Assembly (NCBI GenBank): GCA_051294905.1 | Contig: CM119373.1 | Location: 3,784,001-3,848,000 of the forward strand | Direction: 5' to 3' | Length of the DNA: 64,000 nt | From: Botryllus schlosseri | Lineage: Eukaryota | Shown here: positions 1-11,858 of the stretch, in pieces | How positions within the stretch are numbered: the first letter of the stretch is position 1 | How the letters are laid out: every line of letters begins with the position of its first letter | The notes under the pieces: model-generated | Database searches by the model: none | What the model was told of the DNA's origin: nothing | The model's input: the letters and a program-made list of their open reading frames with translations, nothing else | Position numbers and translations under genes: made by a program

Positions 1-475
1 GGATTGAATGACAAATTTAATACAAAGAGCATATCGCTGCATGACATTGATAAAGAGTACGTTATTGAAATTTATCTTTATTCCAGCTTGTCCAACAATG
101 CAGAAGACATTGCATCGATTTTTGGTAGCACGTACGCATGTGAGCAATAGTTTTGAACAGTAAAATTCACGAAGAGCAAGCTAAGATCACGTATTTCGGA
201 CGCCCATTTCGAATATGGTCTGATTCTGGCTTCATCTGACTTGTTATCAGAAGTTGAAAACCTTTCACAAAGCAAGCTGCGTCAATTGTCACATTTATTC
301 TGCGTTGTTGAAGTGTAAATACATGTGTTTTATGATTGGTATGATAAAGATTGCAGCAATGTAGGATAATATACCGAAGTAAGCGTAAAATATAGTATTA
401 AGAGAAATTCCGGCCCGCCAAACAGTTGCACACTCGAAATTTGGCCCGCGACTAGCAAAAGGTTGCCGACCCCTG
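1..475 (+). mobile_element. 3' end of a decayed Buster/Charlie-type hAT transposon (transposase C-terminus remnant plus right TIR)
   Basis: About 79-297 translates ...IASIFGSTYACEQ*F*TVKFTKSKLRSRISDAH...KLRQLSH, the Charlie/GTF2IRD2-type C-terminus with stops. It ends in GGTTGCCGACCCCTG (461-475), followed by ATCTACAG (nnnTAnnn target type). Confidence 0.8.
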
Positions 476-773
476 ATCTACAGTGAAGGCATAAATTAGT
501 CATTTTGCATTAGCCTACAAAGACACAGATTTCGATTTCGAAATTAGCCTTCCCGAATAACTGCTAAAAGTATGCAATCCATTGAAAAAAGTCTACACTC
601 TGATACTACTCAATTCATTTTGTACTTCCACCTCCACCTGAAATAGTTTTTACATGTCTTGGAAATTGCTCCTTCCACTCCAAATTTGGTAAAGCATGAC
701 TCCTACTCGAGTACCTCTGGCAATATTTCAATGTCTTGGTATGTCCTGGCACAAGAACGTCCAGAGTGCAATA

Positions 774-2832
774 CAGGGTTGTAACCAAGTCACATGGTTC
801 CGAGTCACGAGTCAATCATACTTTTGTGGTTTTGACTCGAGTCGAGTCGAGTCATTTTCAATTCATCACAGACTCGAGTCCGAGTCCAAGTCACCGTTTA
901 AAGGGTCAAGTCCGAGTCATGGTGTAATGACTCGAGTCGAGTCCAAGTCACAGTATTGAAGTCATGTTCAACTCATGTTTTCAATCCTGCTTGGGTGATA
1001 TCGAATTCCTTGTTTGCGAAACATGATCATTTTGTCCCTATCAGAGTCTTGGCACGTGTTTATTTAGGCAGATAACGGACAGGTCCTGGCCTCATTTACC
1101 GATGCTAAATATAACTTTACTAATCTTAGAACTTAAAATCAAATATCTCTCTTGTCAGTCTGATACATCACCAATACAAGCATTCAGTTTTTATTATGAG
1201 CACATCGACGATAGCTCACGAATAGCTGATAGAGAACCAACGAATTCATGTCTACATACTATCTGATAGAGAACCAACAAATTCACATCAAGATACTAGT
1301 TGATAGAGAATCAATAGATGTATGTTTATGTAGAGGTATTTACAACAGGCCAGCATGCCGTAAAAGCGTGCATGCAACTATGTGCATTGTGCAGTGACAA
1401 CAGAACAGATACCTTTTGATTATACTAAAGGTTTTCCCAATTGCATTACAGACTACATCGCAGTTACAGCATTGGATAAATAATTGTACAATGGGGCTGT
1501 TCAAAAACATTTTTTTCAAATTTTCCGGCTACTTCTTAAAATTGCTAGATTGCCTAAAAAATCAAATTTGGCTCAATTCCAACCAGTAGAAAGCAATGCT
1601 ATGAAAGAAAATTTTAGACTAATTACAAATAGAGATTTTAGAATTTTACCGGCTATCTCATGATATTGTTACATTGTGTAAAAATATGATTCATAGCAAA
1701 TTTGACTCAATTCCAACTAGAAAAAGAGAAGTTATTAGAGTAGAATGTTTTGGATATGAAACAATAGTCGGCTTACTACTATGTAATTATATTATATGAA
1801 AGAATTTCTCACTAAAATACTCCATTTATTTTCAAATCCAAAATATTCTCCTCTCACATCATTGATTCCACTTTTTTCAAATTAAGCCAGATTCAGTGTT
1901 CCTTTTATGCAACATAACAATTTTATCAAGTAACCACCCAGTAAAATAAAAAAGAAGTTATTTTAGAACAGCCATATTGTACAAACATCACACAACATTA
2001 GCCATTCATCATTATACTAACGTGCACAATGCACATACCTAACAAAACGTCAAATGGACGAGGGGCATTGTGTGTTTTCACAGACAGCAGATCAAGTCAA
2101 TGAGTTACACCTCAAAAATACTAATGTGGAAAGGAGATCCTCATATATGTTAAAGCGGCATGGCCGTAGAATGAATCCACATCTACTGAATACACGGTCC
2201 ACTAGTGCACTAGATGCAGGAATTGACAAGCATTTTTGAACCACACTGAAGAGCATTGAATACTCATTCTTTCTAGTCGCCCAAAAATGCAAAGAATCAT
2301 CGCCTTCAAATCTACACATGAGCTTGTCAGTCTCTTGACCATCTAAGTCATTTCATTGGCTCTAATTGAACTTTGCTTCAATTGTTTGCTTGTATAATTG
2401 AAAAGTCTTGAGTACTTTGATTGCAGAGGATCTATTACCTCTTCATCACTGGACGATTTTGTACAATGCATGATTGCTACTATGTATCATTTTCTGCTGT
2501 TTTTACGGTGGCATATCTGATATCAGACAAGTGCAACGAAAGCAGTATTGACAAATAGCGATGTCGGCAGAATTCGTCGGATGCGTTGATCTAGCCATTA
2601 CGATTCGCAAATTTCTTCATCTTCAAGTCATATAAAATAAGCCGAGTCAATGACTTGGGTCGAGTCATGCGTAATGACTCGAGTACAAGTCGAGTCAATC
2701 CAAATATTGACTCGAGTCGAGTCGAGTCATTTTCCCATTTCAAGAAAATGACTCGAGTCAAGTCGAGTCATAAAAAAATCGTGACTCGAGTCTGACTCGA
2801 GTCGAGTCATGACTCGAGTCATTACAACCCTG
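774..2832 (-). mobile_element. Non-autonomous Ac-family hAT element with GACTCGAGTC subterminal repeats and hATC dimerisation-domain remnant
   Basis: TIR CAGGGTTGTAA/TTACAACCCTG; exact 8-bp TSD GTGCAATA (766-773, 2833-2840). ORF 2092-2319(-) FW...LSIPASSALVDRVFS...LVFLRCN is a hAT C-terminal dimerisation motif. Confidence 0.9.
1492..1976. mobile_element. MITE (TAGGGCTGTTC-type ends, hATm-like) nested in the hAT element
   Basis: Ends TGGGGCTGTTC / GAACAGCCATA; 8-bp TSD TTGTACAA (1484-1491, 1977-1984). Internal CAAATTTGRCTCAATTCCAAC repeats recur at about 7507-7960, 39250-39860 and 46117-46390. Confidence 0.75.
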
Positions 2833-3808
2833 GTGCAATAGTCACACAGCCGATGTAGCTTGGATTATCATACAATCGGAACACTCTTTGTGTGCTCACA
2901 GTTGAATGAAACGATTGATATTATGAAGACGCCTCGCTTTTCTGGTTGAAAGTAACCCCAATGCTTCAGATTGAGGCATTGCGGCACTCTTGACTCTTCT
3001 TTCGTCAGTATCTTGAACCACCGGCTCGATCTCTGGAGTTGGCAAGCCATCTTTGCATGGAACCTTCGACAACCTTTTCGGTGCATTCTTTTGTGGCCAA
3101 GTTCATCTTGACTGCAGCTGTTTAAAGGTCAACTATATCGACCGAAACAATTTTGGCTCATTCAGTAGAGTTTTACATGCTGATTCCCGAAATATACCTC
3201 ATATACCTTCCAAAATTACGTATTTTCTGAGATATCGAGCAGCGAAAGTCGCAAAATGCCACCACAGACGAAAACAGTAGTAAATTCAATAAAGCATGTC
3301 GATGACGTACTACCAGGAGGATTTCTGATGCTGCGGCTGTGGTGTATGTATTGAAGTGGGATAATGTCAACTTCTGAAGCTGTGGACTCAACTGATAGCT
3401 ACATGGTGTCTAGTAAATCTGATTCCGACACTATTGAGGAATCCCCGTATATAGGTAAGCCATTGAATGGTATATACAATCAGGCATTACTGAACGACGA
3501 AAGTACCGTACCGTTTTGTCAAATGATTGGACTTGCGCGTCTAAAACAATTAGTGTACCGCATGCATGTTAGATTGTGCGGTAAGCTGACGATCTAAGCT
3601 TGAGGACCGATGCATATAACTAATACATATTGACTTTTCAGGGACGCTAGACCCGACTACATTCACTCAGACAGGAATTCAGCTCCGCCGCATGCACTGG
3701 ATCCGAAGTATTCCGACGTCGCTGATCAGTTCTCACAGTCTGCTACTTCCACTTTATCTTTGTATGTAATAAAATGGCTTTACTTAAAAGCTTTTACTGG
3801 ATTTTAAT

Positions 3809-4076
3809 AGAGAGAGAGAGAGAGAGAGATATGATATTCTTTTTCGCCTGCACCATCGAGATGCTTTGACGACGGAGTTGCGATACGGCCCCATGAGGTC
3901 ATCTAGTCTGCGCCCCCGTTTTTTTTCTCCTCCATGCTATCCGTGATTGCTGAGCGCCTAGCAGGATAGCTGCGGATACCAATTTTCGAGTCTTTGGTAT
4001 GACCCGGCCGGGAATCGAACCCACGACCTACCGCTCGAGAAGCCTGACGCATAACCATTACACTATCTCGCTCGGT
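3809..4076 (-). mobile_element. tRNA-derived SINE (central domain resembles MetaSINE type)
   Basis: On the minus strand: A-box-like TAGTGTAATGG, B-box GGTTCGATTCCC, then GGTCATACCAAAGAC...CCTGCTAGGCGCTCAGCA, and a (CT)n tail at 3809-3828. Confidence 0.75.
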
Positions 4077-4345
4077 ACATACAGAAAAGTCGAAAGCTTT
4101 TATTGTGTTCTAATAAATACAGAATCGCAAGAATGTCATAGAAGAAAATTATCTCAATAAATCTATGTGAATAAGTTTTGATATTCCCAGGATTTTTCGG
4201 CGAATTTTCTTTTTCTGATGTTATGCTCCAGCATGATGCCCTCGGCCAGGATTGTCAATGTTGCTGAAATAATAATTTACAGCAGAAATTCAATCATATA
4301 CACTCACTAACACTCCATTTAATTTTTTTTTATTGTAACACCGGT

Positions 4346-4638
4346 TCAATATCTATGTGAAAGCCACCAGCAGGACAAGTTTGTTTTTATGTAAGCCTAG
4401 ATCAGGGGTGGTTGTTTGAAGTTACAAAACTATGAATTTGTTAGGCAAAGTGAGGTTGAAATAATAATTACCTACCGTGACACGGCATCATCATGATGCC
4501 GTGTCACGGTAGGTAATTATTATTTCAACCTCAATTTTCCTAACAAATTCATAGATTTGTAACTTCAAACAACCACCCCTGATCTAGGCTTACATAAAAA
4601 AAAACTTGTCCTGCTGGTGGCTTCCACATAGATATTGA
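4346..4638. repeat. Palindrome, 146-bp arms, 1-nt loop at 4492
   Basis: ...CCGTGACACGGCATCAT-C-ATGATGCCGTGTCACGG...; about 5 mismatches between arms. Confidence 0.95.
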
Positions 4639-7600
4639 TCTCGTTGCAATCTTGCATGTGCAGCAGCAAGGGGAGGGGGTTCTGGCCACACCTCGTGGTC
4701 AACTGGTCAATGATTGGATGACAGATGTGCCTCCAGAACTCGTTCTTTATCTTTGTACAGCATCCTTTGTGGTAGAGAAAGTATGATGGCAAAGTGCTCC
4801 TACTCCTGACTACAGCAGCTTATTGAAAAATACTGTACATCGGTAAGCACAGCAGCCTTCCATATATTGGGGTGCAAAAGGGTCTTTCCGGACTTGCTTT
4901 TCTTCTGCTCTCTGCATCTGTTTTCATTGAAGTGCGGGACAGCTGGTAGTACGTCATCGACACGGTTGCTAATTTTACAGCCGTTTCTCAGAGGTCGGCA
5001 GTTTGCACTGCGATATCTCAGAAAATACATAATTTTAGAAGTTAGGATGTATATTATTGGAATCAGCATAAAAACTCTACAAAATGAGCCAAAGTTGTTT
5101 TGGTCGATATAGTTGACCTTTAAGGTAAATCAGTCCATAACTGAATAAAATACTTCAAATTCTATCGAGCAACATACCAATTAAAAATTACTGTATCTTT
5201 CAGACCGATTTTGTCAATCTGTCTTCCGAAGACACTGCAGCATTTTGCAATTTCATTTTTCATTAGCCTTGGCATTGTCCGCCTCATGAAGTCGTCAGTA
5301 TTATTTCCACCAGCACCATTAACAGCCTTCACTCATAAGAAAGTGCAGATAAGTACGCGCCTGCACCTTAATTGGCAGTGGTATTTTTTACAATTTATTC
5401 AAATACTCTAGAATCACTTTTTACAAGCGGATCCATCTTTTTGAGTTCCTCACCATCTTTAAATGGAAACGCGGCAGGGAGTTCTGTAGGCAGAGACACT
5501 TTGAAGTGTGGCAGAATCAAGTCCATGTTTCTTTCTGTTTTGTGAACACTCTTTGACATTTGCTTGATGTCTTGTTGAACGTTGAGGACTCTATGACCCA
5601 TGGTTTGCAATGTAGTTAGCAATCTAGCATCCATGCTGGCTTGAAATTGAGCTGATATGCCTGTAAGATAAAAATGATAGTTTTAATTCTTTACATACTG
5701 CGGACATCAAAATCATACACACCGCGACTGTGATTTGGTGTGGATTTCACGGAGGTTGCTATATCCTCACCAATGTCAATTTCACTGTCGAGAGATTGAT
5801 CTGGTTGGCCATCCAAGCAGTCGGGCACTTCCTCTCCAGCGTCTATCTTATTGTCGTCAAGAAATTGAAGCGATTGATTGCGTTGCCCGTCTATGCTGGC
5901 AGGCTTTTTGACTGAGAAACCTAAAATACAGGAAGACTATAGAAAAAATGAACTATAATTAGATCGCCACCAATTTCGACTGATTCCAAATTCATATTTT
6001 TTTGACATGGTGCCAATATTTACCTTTGCAGCTAGCATTTGTACTGCGGCTCAGGTTGCAAAAGCAGATTATTCGGCGCCGACAATTTCTGTGTCTGGAC
6101 ATCTCAAGATCGAAAGTTAATACCAACATGCGTTGCTATTTTGTGCCATAACTTCAAGTGAAATATATCTGTCCTAAAATACTTTACTTCATACTAATTT
6201 ACGAATCAAATTTTGAAAACATTGTGTAGCAATAATTATAATCTCCTTTAAGTAGAATAGTTGTCTTCACCGGCGACATTGACAAAATAAATGAGCGCCC
6301 TCACCAGCGTCAATTCGACTGTTGACAGGAAAGTGAAATCAATTGCGTTGCGTGTCCAAGCAGCGAGCCTTTGCGACTGTAAAACATGAACTACCAACTC
6401 GCAAGTCAGCAAATGAGATTGTGGTTGGTTGCAGTTTCACCGGACTTCTTAGCAGGATTCAAGGACCGATAAACAGGTGACGGAAGTGAAGGAGTTCGAT
6501 CATCATCATTGTCACTGCTTGAAGCTATCGTCTGCGTCCTTTTACGAGAAGGGACTATTCTGAAATGAAGATTGATCAATAATTCGAATTTTCCACACTT
6601 GTCAACTAGCCTACGAAAAACAGAAAGATTACAATCATCAGTCAGTTGTATATACTAAGCATTGCCTTCTCATTCAATTAACCAAAGTTATGAACAGATT
6701 TACTTACTTCCGTTTAGCAGGCAGTCCATCACACGATTATGAAATCTCTGGATCTGTCTGGTGCAGGTGCAGCGACCGTTCCGTCTTCTTATCCGCTTCT
6801 TCAAACGAAGCTAGAAAATATACAATAAACGCAAAGATTGGCCTACTCGGAACTTGAAAACAACATACTAGCTTCGACTAAAATTTTGATCGCGTATGAT
6901 GGCCAGGTCTCTTTAGGATCCGTAAAATTCTTCAGCAGGTTGTTAACTATGCTTGATGACAATTTTGAGGGCGGCCAGAAGCACGATGAGGAACATCATT
7001 GCCAGACTGGAATCGGTGGTTGTTTTCGACAACATGTTGTACGTGACAGACGGATTTCTCGCTTGATTGGAAAAATTCATCCGTGTGGCGGAAATATTTT
7101 TTGCTTTGATTCGATACTGAATTACTTATTAAATGACACAATGTGGTATACGCCGGACTAGGGCTACGCTGTTCCGCAAATGCCACGCTTGCTTGCGTTA
7201 ATTGTAAAGCGCAAGCGCCTTATTCTGGATCTGAACTCCGGTATCGCTTTGTGACGTCAGCATAATTCAATAATTGGCGTGATCAGATGTAAATGTTTGC
7301 GTGACGTTGCGCGTGCCGTTGCCACCGATTCCACTCTGGCGTCATTGTCGTATTTGAGTGGTTACATTGTTATGCAATAATCCAAATAATTGATCAGCCG
7401 ATCTCTACTTATTTCATTACTCACCGAGCTCATGGAAGTTAAAATGATAACAGCAAGACAATTCGCCCATCACTACAGATGCCGGCGGCATACAACGAAT
7501 GTGCATTAGGGTTGTTAAAACAGAAAACTTCTCCCAGATCTCACTCGCCTAATGACTAAATCGTCAGGTTGTCTAAAAAACGATGCACACCAAATTTGAC

Positions 7601-7969
7601 TCAATTCCAGCCAGTAAAGGCCGTACAATCCTGAATTGAAATTTTTGATTTATTAGGTAAAATTAAAAAAAAAAATTGATAATTTTTTGTCCACCCCATG
7701 AAATTGTTGCGTTGTCTTCAAAGACAATGCAAAACAAATTTGACTCAATTCTAACTAGTAGAAGCGGAGTTATTTGAGTTTTTCGTTCATAATTCTCGGA
7801 TAACGGCCGGGACATCCTTAATTGGTGGATATCAACGAAAAACTCCAATAACTCCGCTTCTTCTAGTTGGAATTGAGTCAAATTTGTTTTGCATCGTCTT
7901 TGAAGACAACCCAACAATTTCATGGGGTTGACGGAAAAATCTGAAATTTTTTTTTTCAATTTTTCCGAG

Positions 7970-9190
7970 GAGGGCTGGTTCGATTATGTTCACAAAAAGA
8001 ACAATCTTGTTCACAATAAGAACAGTCTCATGTTCACAATAAGAACAGTCATGTTCACAATAAGAACAGTCTCATGTTCACAATAAGAACAGTCATGTTC
8101 ACAATAAGAACAATCTTCTTCACAATAAGAACAGTCTCATGTTCACAATAAGAACAGTCATGTTCACAATCAGAACAGTCTCATGTTGACAATAAGAACA
8201 GTCATGTTCACAATAAGAACAATCTTGTTCACAATAAGAACAGTCTCATGTTCACAATAAGAACAGTCATGTTCACAATAAGAACAGTCTCATGTTCACA
8301 ATAAGAACAGTCATGTTCACAATAAGAACAGTCTCATGTTCACAATAAGTCTGATGTATACAATAAGAACAGTCTCATGTTCACAATAAGAACAATCTTG
8401 TTCACAATAAGAACAGTCTCATGTTCACAATAAGAACAATCTCATGTTCACAAAAAGAACAGTCATGTTCACAATAAGAACAGTCTGATGTATACAATAA
8501 GAACAGTCATGTTCACAATAAGAACAATCTTGTTCACAATAAGAACAGTCTCATGTTCACAATAAGAACAGTCATGTTCACAATAAGTCTGATGTATACA
8601 ATAAGAACAGTCTCATGTTCACAATAAGAACAATCTTGTTCACAATAAGAACAGTCTCATGTTCACAATAAGAACAATCTCATGTTCACAAAAAGAACAG
8701 TCATGTTTACAATAAGAACAGTCTGATGTATACAATAAGAACAGTCATGTTCACAATAAGAACAATCTTGTTCACAATAAGAACAGTCTCATGTTCACAA
8801 TAAGAACAGTCATGTTCACAATAAGAACAATCTTGTTCACAATAAGAGCAGTCTCATGTTCACAATAAGAACAGTCATGTTCACAATAAGAACAGTCTCA
8901 TGTTCACAATAAGAACAATCTTGTTCACAATAAGAACAGTCATGTTCACAATAAGAACAGTCTGATGTATACAATAAGAACAGTCTCATGTTCACAATAA
9001 GAACAATCTTGTTCACAATAAGAACAGTCTCATGTTCACAATAAGAACAATCTCATGTTCACAATAAGAACAGTCATGTTGACAATAATATTTACAATAC
9101 ACACACCAGACATGATGTCCGAACACCCCAAGACACGATGTCCGAGTGTCAACGCTGTCCGAAGCTCCGAACACACCCAGACATGATGAT
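7970..9190 (+). repeat. 21/23-bp satellite array (GTTCACAATAAGAACAGTC[TC]AT) with terminal motif and GC-rich block; same family as 30037-39248 in opposite orientation
   Basis: Starts (G)AGGGCTGGTTCGATTATGTTCAC; array about 7996-9088; then CCAGACATGATGTCCGAACAC repeats. Confidence 0.95.
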
Positions 9191-9624
9191 CAAAAACTGA
9201 CAAATTTTTTACATGAAAAACTTTATTTTAAAGAAAGTTAAATTACTTCACAATACTAGTTTACTACAGCGTAAGCTGCAAGCTTCGATCACTTCGTTTT
9301 AGGTCGATTTATTTGTGAGAGAACAATGGATGCTCAGTAAAACGCACGCGATCATTGAATGATTGGTCGCTCTCACGGGTTACACCATCGTTTCGCGAAC
9401 AATTCGACCATATGCAACATACAGTGATTTTTATCGACATCGATTGCTTGATGACTTGAAATTGACTCGTGAATTTTGCTCCGAGTCACGAGTCAATCCA
9501 CATTTCTGATACGCCGAGTCAAGTCAAGTCATTTTTAGCAAAGTATGACTCGATTCAAGTCAAGTCATACGAAAAAGAGTCAGACTCGAGTCAACTCAAC
9601 ACTGGTGCAGCGACGGATACGTCC

Positions 9625-9850
9625 CTACATTCTCGGGTAGAAAATTCTGTCCTTACTAAGTAGCTTAGGAAGAATGGAGACAGAACGTTCAACAGCAGCA
9701 GTTGTTGACGGAAGGCACTGAAGCTGTGCGTACACTGCTGGTGACAAACTGTGTTGCTTCATTCTGGAAATTGAGTCTACATCACGATTTTTCATCATAC
9801 GCTTCTTGATATGAAAACCACGCAATATGCCCACGCAGTCTTGCTTCAGT
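9625..9850 (-). pseudogene. hAT-like transposase C-terminal remnant
   Basis: ORF 9625-9834: YAQLQCLPSTTAAVERSVSILPKLLSKDRIF (PxTSxxVERxFS-type motif). Confidence 0.55.
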
Positions 9851-10099
9851 TGGGATATTGCGGTACGTTTGGCATAACATTATGTCAACCAATTTTGTTT
9901 CATTTGAATGTTTATGACTCGCAGACAATATGGGCCGTCTACAACGGCAAGCCTATAAAGTAGGGTACAAGCTGTAAAATGGCAAATGATAAGTTCACAG
10001 ACAGTACAAAATCTACGATGCAGGTTGCAAAAATGAACAATTTTGACATTTTTTGACGTAACGCTACAACGTTGTGACTTTTTTGACATGTCACAAAAA

Positions 10100-10295
10100 T
10101 CTATACTATACTGTACTATCTTATTTGCTTCTCATTCAGTGTGCATACCTCGTCTTTACAGCGCCGAGGCCAAGGTGGGTGCCCGATTCCTTAGACTACT
10201 CCAAGTAGCTTCGACACCTTCCTATCTTTTCATAGTATCGCATTTTGCGGTGTTTCGAACTGATAAAAATTGCTAATAAACCAGTGATTATGATG
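10100..10295 (+). mobile_element. 3' UTR fragment of a CR1/L2-type LINE
   Basis: Matches the 3' UTR following the LINE ORF2 end at 51950-52192 (GCCAAGGTGGGTG...AGACTACTCC...CTAATAAAC, GAT-repeat tail). Confidence 0.65.
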
Positions 10296-11018
10296 AGCAA
10301 CTGTAAGGGCATGTTTTAATATTGGATAATTATTGATGCATATTGTATCACCTTGATATTGTGTCTCGTTGTCATTTTACGCAACAAAGCCAAATTTCAC
10401 ACTACTTTGCGATTTAAAGGGGTTCTGGTGATCTGACATAATTATTTTTAAATATTCGGAATCAGTGCGACAATAGCGATCGATAAATTCCAGTCATTAT
10501 AAATTCTCAGCAGATTATGATGAATTGCGCAACAGTGTTGGGATGACTCGAGTCACCTTTTTCGCATGACTTGACTTGACTCGAGTCACTTTGCAAAAAT
10601 GACTTGACTTGACTTGACTCGACGCTTCAGAAATGCAGATTGACTCGTGACTCGAAGCAAAATTTACGAGTCCATTTCAAGTCATCAAGTAATCGGTGTC
10701 GACTAAATCGCCGTATCTTGTATAAGTTCGGATTTTTATCGGATCATTCAATGATTGTGCCTTTTACCGAGCCTCCATTGTTACATCACTAATGAATTGA
10801 TCGTTAACGCTGTGATCGGAGCTTATAGCTTACGTTGTCATAAACTTGGTCACCTCAACCAACCCTCTTGTGTGCTTTAAATCGAACGGTTATCGTCCAT
10901 ACGTTTGTAATGGTATGCCATAAATATATATGTGGGTAGGGTACTATTGCTCCATATCATTTTTTGAACTTTCTGATGTTTCATATGTTATCCTATATTT
11001 TGGCCGATAATTATAGAT

Positions 11019-11858
11019 CAGCGGTGGGCAGAGCGGCTTCACGTGCGAGTCGCATATCAAAAATCGTTGCCTTAAAAGAGTCACAACCCAAAAAATGATA
11101 TATACTAATTTATTCCGTCACAAGGAAATGTAGGGTATCGAATGAAGTATATTATTGAGTGGTATAATACGATGCGTCTCCGCTCTGGCGGAAGGTGTTT
11201 GAAATCGGGCTGATAAGACGTCTAACATAGGGTTGCCATACGTCCTCTTTTAAGAGGATTAGTCCTCTTTTTTGAATTTTTTGAAAGTGTCTTCGGAGGA
11301 CGCCCTTTTGTCCTCTTTTTTGAGATTTTGTCCTCTTTTTTGAAAATTTAGGTCAGATTTAGAGCAAATTGCGAGTGGAATGCCGTAAATTAGCACAGAA
11401 GTGACGCTCCGGCGGGTATTTCGGAGTGGAAAACGGTGATTTTAGCTCTGAGCGGGAAGATGAACTTTTTTTTTTTTTAGTCAACCGATCACAAAGTGGG
11501 AAAAATTCACCGGTTTTTGAGAATTCTTCTCCGGTTTTGCAAGTCTCAAATTTCTGAAATAGTGTCCTCTTTTTAGATTTCCAAAATATGGTAAGCCTAC
11601 TAACAGTGCGGAGCTCGGTAATCATAATACTTCGCAAATATGTCTTTATTGGGTAACTCGTGGCAATTAGGGTTTTGGTGTTTGGTTTCGTAATGCCGTT
11701 TCAAATCTAGTTATGTGATTATTGGACGAATATTGACGGAAAAGGCAAAGTGGCTTACGTTCATTATCACCGAATGCACATTGCACACTCGTTGAACAGC
11801 CGCAATCAAAGGCTCAAAGAGTAGCATGCGGCTCGCTAGTCGCAGTTTCCCACCCCTG
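11019..11858. mobile_element. Buster/Charlie-type MITE nested in 10533-12252
   Basis: Ends CAGCGGTGGGCA / TTCCCACCCCTG; TSD TTATAGAT/TTATAGAA (7 of 8). Confidence 0.7.
11228..11599. mobile_element. Blackjack-like hAT MITE (third nesting level)
   Basis: Ends TAGGGTTGCCATA / TATGGTAAGCCTA; GTCCTCTTTT subterminal repeats; flanking CTAACA repeated. Confidence 0.6.

Larger units (their letters stand above)
3126..5119. mobile_element. Non-autonomous Kolobok-like DNA transposon
   Basis: About 115-bp imperfect TIRs beginning AGGTCAACTATATCGACC; TTAA on both sides (3122-3125, 5120-5123); RR..YY termini rather than piggyBac CCC/GGG. Confidence 0.7.
2975..7085 (-). pseudogene. Spliced DUF4806-type gene remnant (probably transposon-associated), interrupted by a Kolobok-like insertion
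   Basis: Minus-strand peptides: CFWPPSK...DPKETWPSYAIKIL (about 6870-6985), SFEEADKKTE (about 6780-6810), LPAAFPFKDGEELKKMD (ORF 5395-5634), GGNNTDDFMRRTMPRLMKNEIAKCCSVFGRQIDKIGLKDT (about 5190-5315) and AVKMNLATKECTEKVVEGSMQRWLANSRDRAGG (about 3015-3115). Stops and frameshifts are present. Confidence 0.6.

Noticed and set aside
615..959. Short ORFs rich in TRVESS/DSSQ, here and at other GACTCGAGTC clusters
   Set aside because: They are translations of hAT subterminal repeats, not genes.
3990..4076. tRNA gene
   Set aside because: A/B boxes run into a SINE body and (CT)n tail; no complete cloverleaf. The same applies to the lone B-box at about 14887/23905.
7996..9088. Tandem steroid-receptor response elements (AGAACA...TGTTC)
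   Set aside because: Half-site spacing is 4 or 6 nt, not the 3 nt of canonical elements.
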